Assembly: GCA_964484055.1 (NCBI GenBank)
Contig: CAZAEC010000011.1
Span: 2,107-66,106 of the forward strand
From: an uncultured Clostridium sp.
Lineage (GTDB): Bacteria; Bacillota; Clostridia; Lachnospirales; Lachnospiraceae
DNA length: 64,000 bases
Direction: 5' to 3'
The position numbers and the translations under genes were made by a program. A model generated the notes under the pieces. That model had not been told where the DNA came from, made no database searches, and worked only from the letters and a program-made list of their open reading frames with translations. Numbering within the stretch: the first letter of the stretch is position 1; every line of letters starts with the position of its first letter. Shown here piece by piece: positions 50,249-60,261 of this stretch.

Positions 50249-51616
50249 TTATTTCAATCGAACCTTCAAATAATTTCTTCCCGTCAAAGTCTTATTAAAT
50301 ACAATCATCATAGTCACGATCACACATCCAACAACAAATCCCACAACATTAAATAACGCTGTTAAGACCAACAACAGTAACCGCATAAATTTCAACGCAT
50401 ATCCTAATTCAAAATTTGGCTGTGTATAATTAGCTACAGCGACAATCGCCATCCCAAGCATCACCTCCGAATTAAACCATCCAGATGACACTGCAAATTC
50501 TCCCATCACCAAACCTGCGATCACACTAAGTGGGGTACTAAGAACATTTGGTGTATTCAATGCTGCCAGCCGCATTCCATCAATCGCTATTTCTAAGATT
50601 AAATACTGTGCAACTAATGGAACATTCACAACTTCATGTACGATTGAAAACTCAAATATTCCCGGTACCCATTGTAGATTCTGCATAAATAATAAATATA
50701 CTGGTGTAAGAAAGATCGTTGCCACAGTGATCAACATTCTTGAAATCTTCAAATATAGCGCTGTGATCGTTGGAAAATAGTAATCATTTGCTTCTTCAAT
50801 CATATCAAACACTGAAGTCGGCAATATCATTGCTGACGGTGAATTATCAACAAGAATGACCAATTTTCCTTCCAACAAACAAGCTGCTGCCGTATCTGGT
50901 CGTTCTGTATATTTAAATTTAGGAAAAGGATTCATCCATTTCTTTTTATACAAAGCATTTGCCAAACTCTGTTGATTCATCCGAAGATCATCGATTTTCA
51001 ACTGTTGTATTTCTTTTTTTATATGTTTGAGCATCTGTTGATCCACCCGATCAGCCATATAGCAGATTGCAATATCCGTCCTTGTCACCTGTCCCGCTTC
51101 TGTCATTTCCATAACAAGATGAGGATCCCTAATGCGCCTACGGATCAAAGCTGTATTAAACACGATCGTCTCTACAAATCCATCCCTAGATCCCCTTATT
51201 GACTTATCTTTACTTGGTTCATCTACACTTCGCGCTGGATATGTGCGACAATCGATTGCAAAACAAACACTATATTTTTCTATAACCAAGATTGGAACAC
51301 CTGATAGCAGATTCCGAAATACCTTATCAAAATTTCCAATCACATCCACCTCAGCATACGGAATATATTTCTCTGAAAATTGTGTCCCTGTTTCCGGCAT
51401 ATCCGTTTCTTTTATTTTCGACATTGATTCCATCAGTTTTGTCATTGTATCATCTTTTGTAAAGCCGTCAATAAAATAAAATATAGCCTTTCTTCCTCCA
51501 ATCTCCATATTTCTCCGAAGGATATCAAAACTTGTTTTTACCGGAAGCACCTGTTCTATATATGTTATATTTTCCTCAAAAGACGCACTTAACTTTTTTT
51601 GATTCATTTCTATCAT
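50249..51616 (-). CDS. GerA-family A-subunit spore germination protein (SpoVAF-like)
   Basis: IRGSRDGFVETIVFNTALIRRRIRD, TERPD, GKLVILVDNSP, LAALNTP; no B or C subunits adjacent. Confidence 0.85.
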   Translation of the reverse strand: MIEMNQKKLSASFEENITYIEQVLPVKTSFDILRRNMEIGGRKAIFYFIDGFTKDDTMTKLMESMSKIKETDMPETGTQFSEKYIPYAEVDVIGNFDKVFRNLLSGVPILVIEKYSVCFAIDCRTYPARSVDEPSKDKSIRGSRDGFVETIVFNTALIRRRIRDPHLVMEMTEAGQVTRTDIAICYMADRVDQQMLKHIKKEIQQLKIDDLRMNQQSLANALYKKKWMNPFPKFKYTERPDTAAACLLEGKLVILVDNSPSAMILPTSVFDMIEEANDYYFPTITALYLKISRMLITVATIFLTPVYLLFMQNLQWVPGIFEFSIVHEVVNVPLVAQYLILEIAIDGMRLAALNTPNVLSTPLSVIAGLVMGEFAVSSGWFNSEVMLGMAIVAVANYTQPNFELGYALKFMRLLLLVLTALFNVVGFVVGCVIVTMMIVFNKTLTGRNYLKVRLK

Positions 51617-51820
51617 TTTCAAGATTCGCCCTTTCCACTTATAACTTTTTCTCAAATTATAGTAAAAGCGTTTCCCGTCTTTTCTCAGATTATTCCTCTT
51701 AATTCGTAGAAACTACTACTTTCCTCTCCTACAGAACATATTTATTTTCTAAAATCTGCACCATTTCCTAGTAAACAAAAAAGACACATATCATTCAGAT
51801 ACATGCCTTTCCCTATCTCT

Positions 51821-52339
51821 TTAATTTTTCTTTGTTGTACTTCCCAAACCACCATTACGCACTGTAGTCACATCATCATCCACTGTAATTCCATATTCTA
51901 CAAAGATTCCTTGCATAAAGCCTTCTCCTGCTGTCAATTCAACAATTTTTCCTTCATTAGAATCATTTGTTATTTTCGAAAAAATATGTCCTTCATTGTC
52001 AGAATAAAAATAATCACTGTCAATGATCCCTACTGTATTGTTTAACTGCAAACGGTATTTGAATCCAAGTCCACTTCGTGGATAACATTTCAATACCCAA
52101 TCTTGTTCCATCTCTACCCTGATTCCAGTAGGAACTTTTACCGTTTCTCCCGGACAGATCGTCAATGTGATCGGCATATAAAAATCATATCCAGCAGAAC
52201 CTGCTGTTGCACGTTTTGGTAATTTAATCTCATCATAAATCTTTTTTGCAGATGCATCTGCTCCCTCACCAAATGTATCGATCCAATCTTTTTTAAACTG
52301 TTCTTCACTTACTTTGTGAAACTTTGCAATTCTTCGCAT
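51821..52339 (-). CDS. dut: Trimeric dUTPase
   Basis: AGSAGYDF, PRSGLG, GIIDSDY, RNGGLGST motifs. Confidence 0.93.
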   Translation of the reverse strand: MRRIAKFHKVSEEQFKKDWIDTFGEGADASAKKIYDEIKLPKRATAGSAGYDFYMPITLTICPGETVKVPTGIRVEMEQDWVLKCYPRSGLGFKYRLQLNNTVGIIDSDYFYSDNEGHIFSKITNDSNEGKIVELTAGEGFMQGIFVEYGITVDDDVTTVRNGGLGSTTKKN

Positions 52340-52370
52340 ATTATAAATTCCTTTTATTCCTTTTCGTTAT

Positions 52371-53297
52371 CTAATTAAAATCTGGTGCTCCATACAGATC
52401 ATAAGGTGTCACCTGATATACATAGTAATTCAACCAATTCGAATAGAGACTATTTGCATGTGATCTCCACATCAGCAACGGCTTCTGCTCTGCATCGTTA
52501 TTTGGATAATAATTAACAGGCATCTGAATATCCAAACCCTTACCGAGATCTCTTTTGTATTCTTTATCCAATGTGATTCTATCATACTCTGGATGTCCCA
52601 TAACAAAGATCTGACGACCTTCTTCTGCCATACACAAGAAAACACCCGCTTCATCAGAGTCCGCTAAGATCATCAAACGATCTTCTGCTTCAATCGCCGC
52701 CTGCGGAACCTCTGTATGTCTAGAATGTGGAGCATAAAATATATCATCAAATCCTCTTACCAATGGTATTTTACGATTGCGTACTTTATGAGGAAATACA
52801 CCAAACTGTTTGTGTGGAAGCTGTTTTTTATCAATTCCATAATGATAATAAATTCCAGCCTGTGCTCCCCAACAAAGATGAAGTGTTGAAGTTACATTTG
52901 TTTTCGTCCACTCCATGATTTCTTTTAGCTCTTCCCAATAATCCACCTCTTCAAAAGGCATCTGTTCTACTGGTGCTCCAGTAATGATAAATCCATCAAA
53001 TTTTCTGTTTTTGATCGACTCAAATGATTCATAGAATTTCTGAATATGACTCGTAGATGTATTCTTAGAAACATGACTAGATACTCTCACAAATGTTACA
53101 TCTATCTGCAACGGTGTATTTGACAAAGAACGTAAAATCTGTAATTCTGTATCTTCTTTTAGTGGCATCAAATTCAAAAGTCCAATACTGATCGGACGGA
53201 TATCCTGCATTTCTGCACGATATTCATCCATCACAAAAATATTTTCCTGCTCTAAAATTTCTTTTACCGGTAAATCATTCTGTACTCGAATCGGCAT
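52371..53297 (-). CDS. metA: Homoserine O-acyltransferase (MetA family, probably acetyl-CoA specific)
   Basis: [43 protein letters not shown]. Confidence 0.95.
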   Translation of the reverse strand: MPIRVQNDLPVKEILEQENIFVMDEYRAEMQDIRPISIGLLNLMPLKEDTELQILRSLSNTPLQIDVTFVRVSSHVSKNTSTSHIQKFYESFESIKNRKFDGFIITGAPVEQMPFEEVDYWEELKEIMEWTKTNVTSTLHLCWGAQAGIYYHYGIDKKQLPHKQFGVFPHKVRNRKIPLVRGFDDIFYAPHSRHTEVPQAAIEAEDRLMILADSDEAGVFLCMAEEGRQIFVMGHPEYDRITLDKEYKRDLGKGLDIQMPVNYYPNNDAEQKPLLMWRSHANSLYSNWLNYYVYQVTPYDLYGAPDFN

Positions 53298-54700
53298 TAT
53301 TCTTCCCCTTTACCTTTCTCATTCTTATTCTCTTTTATGTTTTCAGGCACATATTCATTTTTTCTTTCAGAATGAACATATATACCTTCATTCGTTACAT
53401 AACTTAATTCGTCATAACAATCGGTCTCTGTCGGCAACTTTTTATCTTCTAATCGTTGTTCTACTGTAATCTTCACGATATAATATATCATCGCAAATGT
53501 CGGAACCCCCAAGATCATACCCAGAACACCAAACATTCCTCCACCGACAAGAATCGCAAACATAACCCAAAAGGCAGACAGCCCTGTAGAATCCCCCAAG
53601 ATCGTAGGTCCGATAACATTGCCATCCAATTGCTGAAGTATGATAATAAATATAATAAAATACAACCCCATCTTCGGATCTGACAGTAAAATCAAGATTG
53701 CACTTGGAATTGCTCCAATATATGGTCCAAAAAACGGAATTACATTTGTAACACCAACAACCACACTAACAAGCAATGTATAAGGCATATCTATGATCGA
53801 TAATCCAATAAAACAAAGCACACCAATAATCGCAGAATCTATGATCTTCCCGATGATAAAACCACCAAAAAAACCATTGCTTTTACTCGTCATATGAAGT
53901 AGCATATTTGCTTTCTTCGGTTTCCAAACGGCATATACGATCTTTTTGCATTGCTTTGAAAATGTTTCTTTACTATATAACAAATACACCGATACACAGA
54001 TTCCGATCAATAAGTTAAACAATTCTTGAAAAACATTGAATACTCCAACAGTAACGTTAGACATCAAAACATTCAGTTGGTCCATAAGATCTGTCCTCAT
54101 CCAATTTGACAGATACTGTGTCCCTTCTTCTAAGATCTTTGTAAGTGCCACACCTAACATTGTATCACTTGTAAACATTTCAGAAATCTGTCTAACTGCA
54201 CGATTCAACTGTGAAGGCAGTGTTATGATCATACTTTTGATACTCTGAACCAATTCAGGGATCATCATATTAAACAGTGCTACGATCACTGCAAACAAAA
54301 AGGCTAGTGCCACAAATATCCCAATGATCCTACCCGTTTTTTCTTTTTTCTGTAAATCCGGAAAATATTTTTGTAAAAACTTTATCACGTAACCCTCTAC
54401 AAATTTCATGATAGGATTTAAAAGATATGCAATCGCAAGACCATATGTAATTGGCTTTAAAATATCAATAAATGTACCAATTGCTGATGCTATATTTTTT
54501 ATTCTGAGCAACAAAAAATACAACAGTATTACACTAACAAGCACTATGAATAAACTCATTCCCTGTACAAACTGCTGTTTCAGCATAGAGGGCTCTTTTC
54601 TCTGCATCTCTGGCCTTTCTGCATAATATTCATTCTTTGGTGCAAAACTCTTTTGTCCAAATTGAATTTTCTTTCCTTCTTCTTTCTTTTCTTGTTCCAT
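53297..54700 (-). CDS. AI-2E (PerM/TqsA) family transporter
   Basis: [44 protein letters not shown]. Confidence 0.92.
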   Translation of the reverse strand: MEQEKKEEGKKIQFGQKSFAPKNEYYAERPEMQRKEPSMLKQQFVQGMSLFIVLVSVILLYFLLLRIKNIASAIGTFIDILKPITYGLAIAYLLNPIMKFVEGYVIKFLQKYFPDLQKKEKTGRIIGIFVALAFLFAVIVALFNMMIPELVQSIKSMIITLPSQLNRAVRQISEMFTSDTMLGVALTKILEEGTQYLSNWMRTDLMDQLNVLMSNVTVGVFNVFQELFNLLIGICVSVYLLYSKETFSKQCKKIVYAVWKPKKANMLLHMTSKSNGFFGGFIIGKIIDSAIIGVLCFIGLSIIDMPYTLLVSVVVGVTNVIPFFGPYIGAIPSAILILLSDPKMGLYFIIFIIILQQLDGNVIGPTILGDSTGLSAFWVMFAILVGGGMFGVLGMILGVPTFAMIYYIVKITVEQRLEDKKLPTETDCYDELSYVTNEGIYVHSERKNEYVPENIKENKNEKGKGEE

Positions 54701-54737
54701 GAAAAACGCCCTTTTCACCCTTCATCATAATATCTAA

Positions 54738-54767
54738 ATTATAACAATAGAACCTTCTATTCGTCAA
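54738..54767 (-). promoter_or_regulatory. SigA promoter with a palindromic spacer upstream of the AI-2E transporter
   Basis: TTGACG-18 bp-TATAAT; the spacer contains AATAGAA-gg-TTCTATT. Confidence 0.65.
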
Positions 54768-54882
54768 CAGCGAACCACCCAAGCCAAACTTGATTGCAAA
54801 ACAATATTTTCCATACACCATTCTACTCATTCTCGCAAATCATTTTTATTTACTAAGAAAAACTTTTTTCTGATAAACAAGA

Positions 54883-54910
54883 AAAAATCCAGGCCGAAAC
54901 CTGGATTTTT
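54883..54910 (-). terminator. Terminator after the DUF1540 gene
   Basis: AAAAATCCAGG / CCTGGATTTTT. Confidence 0.85.
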
Positions 54911-54921
54911 GTAAATCAAAT

Positions 54922-55239
54922 TTAACATCTACACTGGAATGTTGCACACTCTGTATTCTCTGCTTTGCAAGCATTGCTGCCTTCTACACTGATCTTACCA
55001 GCATGACATTTACATTCTTTATTGTACATACATTCTTTTGCTTCACACATAATATTTGTAATATCAGATGCTTTGCCAGCCATATTGGAATAGCTGTCAT
55101 TTTTGCGTTCTTTAAAGCTATCACAGCATGTCTCGCATGCAGATTTTGCTTTATTTCCTCCAACTTGAATTTTTTCAAGATCACACAAAAACTGTTTGTT
55201 GTGTACACATGTCTGTACTGTACATTTTAATTCTGGCAT
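54922..55239 (-). CDS. DUF1540 Cys-rich protein (two repeats)
   Basis: C.V.TCVHN....C....I.V.G.......T.C.SF pattern occurs twice. Confidence 0.85.
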   Translation of the reverse strand: MPELKCTVQTCVHNKQFLCDLEKIQVGGNKAKSACETCCDSFKERKNDSYSNMAGKASDITNIMCEAKECMYNKECKCHAGKISVEGSNACKAENTECATFQCRC

Positions 55240-55270
55240 ACTAATCTCTCCTTTTTATTAAATTCAATCT

Positions 55271-55299
55271 TAGTATGCTCATTCCGCAACTTTCTATTC
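55271..55299 (-). promoter_or_regulatory. SigG-type promoter of the DUF1540 gene
   Basis: GAATA-17 bp-CATACTA matches the sigmaG consensus. Confidence 0.72.
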
Positions 55300-55341
55300 A
55301 CAATTGCTATAATATTTATCTACATCTGTATTATTACTTGA

Positions 55342-55857
55342 TTATGCGTTTTTACCACAGCATTTTTTGTACTTTTTACCACTTCCGCATGGGCATGGAT
55401 CATTTCTTCCAATTTTCTTTTCTTTACGGATTGTTCCAGACTGTTTCTGTTCACGATATAAACGTTTTTTTGTTTCTTCATCGAAGATCTTATCCCACTG
55501 TGGAAGTTCATAAAGCCATTCTGCTTTTGCATCCACCATGTTCTTGTAAAGTTTTTCTTTATCATATACAAGATTTACAACAGTATCTTCTGTCATTGTT
55601 TCGATTGGATTTGCTTCTTTCAAGCTATCATTGATACCATCTAAAAATCCTACCATTGTAAGAACTTCCTGACCATATTTTTCAGCCAATTCTTTTAATG
55701 TTCCTCTAACTTCTACGTCTGGTTCTTCAAGAAGCTGTTCATAAATTCCTTTTTCAATATTAAAATATGTTCCCCAGAATGCCTGTAATTTTGCTCTATC
55801 GGCTTCCTGATCATATGCAACCTGACGCCACTGTTCTAATAATGTCTTATCGCTCAT
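55342..55857 (-). CDS. SEC-C metal-binding motif protein
   Basis: C-terminal [21 protein letters not shown] on an uncharacterised acidic domain. Confidence 0.9.
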   Translation of the reverse strand: MSDKTLLEQWRQVAYDQEADRAKLQAFWGTYFNIEKGIYEQLLEEPDVEVRGTLKELAEKYGQEVLTMVGFLDGINDSLKEANPIETMTEDTVVNLVYDKEKLYKNMVDAKAEWLYELPQWDKIFDEETKKRLYREQKQSGTIRKEKKIGRNDPCPCGSGKKYKKCCGKNA

Positions 55858-56005
55858 TGTATTTAACTCCTTTTTTCATAAATATACATTCTTTATTATA
55901 TAATATTTTTCCAGCTCCGTAAACCTAATTTTTCCATCATTGATTTTTTCTTTTAAATTCTATATAATATTTTCCAAGAAAATTTAACATAGAAAGGAGA
56001 ACACT

Positions 56006-56224
56006 ATGAAAAAGATTCGACGTATCCTAGCGATCATTGGGGTTATTGCACTTATTTCATTATATGTCAGCACACTTATATTTGCCCTTATGGATTCTGC
56101 GCAATCCACAAATCTTCTTATGGCTTCTATTGCTGCAACGATTCTTATTCCTGTTCTTATTTATGGATTTACACTTTTTACCAAGCTTTCCAAAAACGAG
56201 TCGGATGACAACTCAAAAGAGTAG
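56006..56224 (+). CDS. Small two-helix membrane protein, hypothetical
   Basis: AAAGGAGA RBS; two hydrophobic segments. Confidence 0.75.
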   Translation: MKKIRRILAIIGVIALISLYVSTLIFALMDSAQSTNLLMASIAATILIPVLIYGFTLFTKLSKNESDDNSKE

Positions 56225-56328
56225 ACTTCCGGCTCTCTTTTATTTTCCTTCCAAAAAACCCTACATTTTCTCAAATATTCTTCCATCGACAATACATTGC
56301 ACATTACCTGCTTTTTTTTGTCACACAT
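56161..56328 (-). CDS. Candidate unannotated 55-aa small protein
   Basis: Manual translation MCDKKKQVMCNVLSMEEYLRKCRVFWKENKREPEVYSFELSSDSFLESLVKSVNP; GGAGGT RBS 6 nt upstream; sigmaE-like promoter. Confidence 0.5.
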   Translation of the reverse strand: MCDKKKQVMCNVLSMEEYLRKCRVFWKENKREPEVYSFELSSDSFLESLVKSVNP

Positions 56329-56361
56329 TAAACCACCTCCGATTTTTGTCTCAGCCTTATT

Positions 56362-56390
56362 ATTCTATTCACAGTGAGTTATAAATATGA
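56362..56390 (-). promoter_or_regulatory. SigE-like promoter for the small ORF
   Basis: TCATATT-14 bp-AATAGAAT. Confidence 0.5.
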
Positions 56391-56400
56391 CAAAACAAAG

Positions 56401-56429
56401 AAAAAAGTCTGTTAAAATGTAACAGACTT
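56401..56429 (-). terminator. Terminator after cls
   Basis: AAGTCTGTTA / TAACAGACTT with a T run on the minus strand. Confidence 0.75.
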
Positions 56430-56441
56430 CTTCTCATATAA

Positions 56442-57998
56442 TTACATAAGCGGTGCAATCAAACGCAATGTTTTACCAGCAAGCATCATGAATGGATTGA
56501 TCTTATTCAGATCTGCCATTGTAATCTTCGAACATTTCTTCAATGTCTTGTTAAAATCCATTTCAATATCTCTGATCACTGGATTATTGTAAATAAACAC
56601 ACCATTTTCAAAATGAAGATATAAACTTCGATAATCTAGATTGATCGTTCCTACTGTTGCAGTATCACCATCGGATACAAACACTTTTGCATGTACAAAC
56701 CCCGGCAGGTATTCATACACTTTCACCCCAGATGCGATCAATTCTTTATAAAATGTTTTAGCCACCGCAAACGCATACCATTTGTCCGGTATAAACGGCA
56801 AGATAAGCCGCACATCAATACCACTTTTTGCAGTTCTTGTCAACGCTGTAACCATCTCGCGATCAAGGATCAAATATGGCGTCATAATATATACATATTT
56901 CTTTGCATGATTCAAAATATGATAATACACTTCTTTTCCAACATCCTCTTGATCAAACGGGCTGTCCCCATATGGAATTACAAATCCTAATTCTCTTCTC
57001 AATTCACTTGACATTGTCGTTACATATCTATCAAATGTTTCTGATCTTGTTTCAGTTACATTCCACATTTGTAAAAAAAGCATCGTCAAGCTCTGGACCG
57101 CATCGCCTTTCAACATGATAGCTGTATCTTTCCAGTATCCAAATCTTTCTATTTTATTAATGTATTCGTCCGCCAGATTTAACCCACCAGTAAATCCAAC
57201 TTTTCCATCGATCACACAAATTTTTCTATGATCTCTATTATTATGTGATGTCGAAAGAATCGGAACGATCGGACTAAACAACTTGCATTGTATTCCATAT
57301 TTTTTTAACATTTTAGGATATTCATTCGGAAGCCTTGAAATGCTGTTCATTCCATCATACATCAAACGGATCTCTACTCCTGCTTGTGCCTTTTTCTTTA
57401 AAATATTTAGGATCATTTCCCACATATATCCTTCATCAATAATAAAATATTCTAAAAAGATATACTTTTCTGCTTTTTCTAATTCTCTAAGCATTACAGG
57501 AAAAAAGGCCTCACCATTTTCAAAATACTCTACCTCTGTATTTCTATATGTCGGAAAATGTAATCTATTTAAAAATCGAGATAAATTCACATTTGCTGGT
57601 TTACTTACCTCTAGTTCTTTCGTAACACTCTTCTTTTGTTTTAAGTACTCCTTTGTTTCCAGATCAAGTGTACACAATCGTTCTCTGATATACTTTGTAC
57701 CAAATTCCATTTTTGCATAGATATAAAATAAACATCCAAATACCGGAAATACAAGAATTAATATGATCCATGTACACATAAATTCCGGATTTCCTTTTTC
57801 GTTTACAATATAGATCACAACACACGCCTGCACAAGGGTCATCGTACCATAGTAGTAGATTGCATGTTCTTTCAATACTGTTGCAACAGAAAACAAAACG
57901 CCAATCTGCAGCAGCACCAATACCAATACCAGTGCTGTTCGACTGAACACAACGCCCAGAATACCACCCTTCGCTTTTTTTGCCGCATTATTTTTCAT
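56442..57998 (-). CDS. cls: Cardiolipin synthase
   Basis: Two HKD motifs (HRKICVID, HAKVFVSD), N-terminal TM helices, TPYLILD; start at 57998 or 58010. Confidence 0.94.
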   Translation of the reverse strand: MKNNAAKKAKGGILGVVFSRTALVLVLVLLQIGVLFSVATVLKEHAIYYYGTMTLVQACVVIYIVNEKGNPEFMCTWIILILVFPVFGCLFYIYAKMEFGTKYIRERLCTLDLETKEYLKQKKSVTKELEVSKPANVNLSRFLNRLHFPTYRNTEVEYFENGEAFFPVMLRELEKAEKYIFLEYFIIDEGYMWEMILNILKKKAQAGVEIRLMYDGMNSISRLPNEYPKMLKKYGIQCKLFSPIVPILSTSHNNRDHRKICVIDGKVGFTGGLNLADEYINKIERFGYWKDTAIMLKGDAVQSLTMLFLQMWNVTETRSETFDRYVTTMSSELRRELGFVIPYGDSPFDQEDVGKEVYYHILNHAKKYVYIMTPYLILDREMVTALTRTAKSGIDVRLILPFIPDKWYAFAVAKTFYKELIASGVKVYEYLPGFVHAKVFVSDGDTATVGTINLDYRSLYLHFENGVFIYNNPVIRDIEMDFNKTLKKCSKITMADLNKINPFMMLAGKTLRLIAPLM

Positions 57999-58142
57999 AT
58001 AATATTGCATCTCCGTTTCATAAAATTTATGTATAAGTCTAGCACAATTTCGGAACCATAACAATAAAACCGTTGTTTTTTTTTACAAAAAGTATTAGAA
58101 TAAAATTGGCTATATAATTTCCCAGGAAAGGAGTGTTATACA

Positions 58143-58415
58143 TTGAAAAAGTATTGGAAATGGATACTGGCGCTTGTTGCCACAGGAACTGCAGTTGGTC
58201 TGATCATCGCTTATTTCTGCAAGAAAAATAATGAATTTGATGAATTGGACGAATTCGCAGAAGATGATTTCGACCTGGATGTTGATCTTCAGCCAGTTTC
58301 TGAACGTGAATATGTTTCTTTAAAAAAGGCAGCAACTGAAACAGTTGCAGAAGAAGCTGAAAAAACAACCGAAGAAACAGAAGAAGCTGAAGTAACTGAA
58401 AATCCAGAAGAATAA
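58143..58415 (+). CDS. Small membrane-anchored acidic protein, hypothetical
   Basis: AAAGGAG RBS, TTG start; N-terminal TM helix followed by a D/E-rich tail. Confidence 0.75.
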   Translation: MKKYWKWILALVATGTAVGLIIAYFCKKNNEFDELDEFAEDDFDLDVDLQPVSEREYVSLKKAATETVAEEAEKTTEETEEAEVTENPEE

Positions 58416-58450
58416 AAACTGACAGTTCATCCTTGACTGGTTAGAATACG

Positions 58451-58485
58451 AAAAAAAGATTGCGCATCAAGCGCAATCTTTTTCT
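58451..58485. terminator. Bidirectional terminator before the 3' end of glnS
   Basis: AAAAGATTGCGC / GCGCAATCTTTT. Confidence 0.85.
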
Positions 58486-58490
58486 TTTCT

Positions 58491-60161
58491 TTATTTCTTC
58501 GGAAGCTTAAATGAACTCTTCAAAGATACAATTCTATTAAATACTAATGCATCTGGTGTTGAATCTTTTGCATCAATACAGAAAAATCCTGTTCTTACAA
58601 ACTGGAAACTATCATATGCTTTTGCATCAGCAAAACTTGGCTCTACATAACAGTTTTTCAAGATTACCAATGAATTTGGATTCAAGTTCAATGAACCGTC
58701 TTCTTTATTATAAACACCTTTTTCTTCATCTACAAGATTTTCATAGAGACGAACTTCTGCTTTCTGTGCAGTTGGTGCAGCAACCCAGTGGATTGTTCCT
58801 TTTACTTTTCTTCCAGTAAATCCGCTTCCGCTCTTTGTTTCTGGATCATAAGTACAATGTACAACTGTCACATTGCCCGCTTCATCTTTTTCATAACTTA
58901 CACATTTCACAAAATATGCAGACATCAAACGAACTTCATTACCTGGGAAAAGACGGAAATATTTCTTCGGTGGTTCTTCCATAAAGTCATCTCTTTCGAT
59001 ATATAATTCTTTACAGAACGGAACCTTTCTTGTTCCCAATTCTTCGTTTTCAAGATTGTTTGGTACATCCAAATATTCAACCTGACCTTCTGGATAGTTG
59101 TCAATCACAAGTTTGATCGGATCAAGCACTGCCATCATACGTGCTTTTTTAAGTTTAAGGTCTTCACGGATGCAATATTCAAGCATTGCATAATCAACGG
59201 AACTCTGTGCTTTTGAAACACCACACATCTCGATAAACATTTTAAGAGATTCTGGAGTAAATCCTCTTCTTCTTAAAGCTGCGATTGTTACAAGACGTGG
59301 ATCATCCCATCCATCTACAATACCATCTTCTACAAGTCTCTTAATATAACGTTTACCTGTTACTACATTTGTCAAATACATCTTCGCAAATTCAATCTGT
59401 CTTGGTTTGTTCTCAAATTCACATTCACGAACTACCCAATCATACAAAGGTCTGTGGTCTTCAAATTCCAGTGTACAGATAGAGTGTGTGATTCCTTCTA
59501 CTGCATCTTCAATTGGATGAGCGAAATCATACATTGGATAGATACACCATTTATCTCCTGTATTATGATGATGCATTCTCGCTACACGATAAATAACTGG
59601 ATCACGCATGTTGATATTAGGTGATGCCATATCAATCTTTGCACGAAGTACCTTCTGTCCATCCTCAAACTTACCATCTTTCATTGCTTCAAAAAGTTCA
59701 AGGTTTTCTTCTACGCTTCGATCTCTATATGGGCTTTCCTTACCAGGTTCTGTTAAAGTCCCTCTATATTCACGGATTTCTTCTGCTGTAAGATCGCAGA
59801 CATATGCTTTTCCTTTTTTGATCAACTTGATCGCACACTCATACATTACTTCAAAATAATCAGATGCAAAATACAGATGATCCTTCCAGTCTGCTCCAAG
59901 CCACTGAATATCAGCCTTAATAGAATCTACAAATTCTGTTTTCTCCTTTGTAGGGTTTGTATCATCAAAACGCATATGGAAAGTTCCATTATACTTCTGT
60001 GCAAGCCCATAATTTAAAAGAATAGACTTTGCATGTCCAATATGCAAATATCCATTAGGTTCTGGTGGAAAACGTGTACATACATGATCATAAACGCCTT
60101 CTGCCAAATCTTTATCTATTTCCTGCTCAATAAAATTTTTTGAAACGATTTCGTTTTCCAT
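58491..60161 (-). CDS. glnS: Glutamine--tRNA ligase
   Basis: [49 protein letters not shown]; GAGGAGG RBS before ATG 60161. Confidence 0.95.
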   Translation of the reverse strand: MENEIVSKNFIEQEIDKDLAEGVYDHVCTRFPPEPNGYLHIGHAKSILLNYGLAQKYNGTFHMRFDDTNPTKEKTEFVDSIKADIQWLGADWKDHLYFASDYFEVMYECAIKLIKKGKAYVCDLTAEEIREYRGTLTEPGKESPYRDRSVEENLELFEAMKDGKFEDGQKVLRAKIDMASPNINMRDPVIYRVARMHHHNTGDKWCIYPMYDFAHPIEDAVEGITHSICTLEFEDHRPLYDWVVRECEFENKPRQIEFAKMYLTNVVTGKRYIKRLVEDGIVDGWDDPRLVTIAALRRRGFTPESLKMFIEMCGVSKAQSSVDYAMLEYCIREDLKLKKARMMAVLDPIKLVIDNYPEGQVEYLDVPNNLENEELGTRKVPFCKELYIERDDFMEEPPKKYFRLFPGNEVRLMSAYFVKCVSYEKDEAGNVTVVHCTYDPETKSGSGFTGRKVKGTIHWVAAPTAQKAEVRLYENLVDEEKGVYNKEDGSLNLNPNSLVILKNCYVEPSFADAKAYDSFQFVRTGFFCIDAKDSTPDALVFNRIVSLKSSFKLPKK

Positions 60162-60261
60162 AAATTTCCTCCTCAGAAAGTTCAATTCTATAAGTAATCT
60201 TATCACAATTCAAATACGACAGCAAGGCAAACTTTCACATCACCACTAGTAAGAATCTCTT

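Noticed and set aside
54630-54830. 66-aa ORF upstream of and overlapping the AI-2E gene
   Set aside because: No RBS, and it spans the promoter of the real gene.
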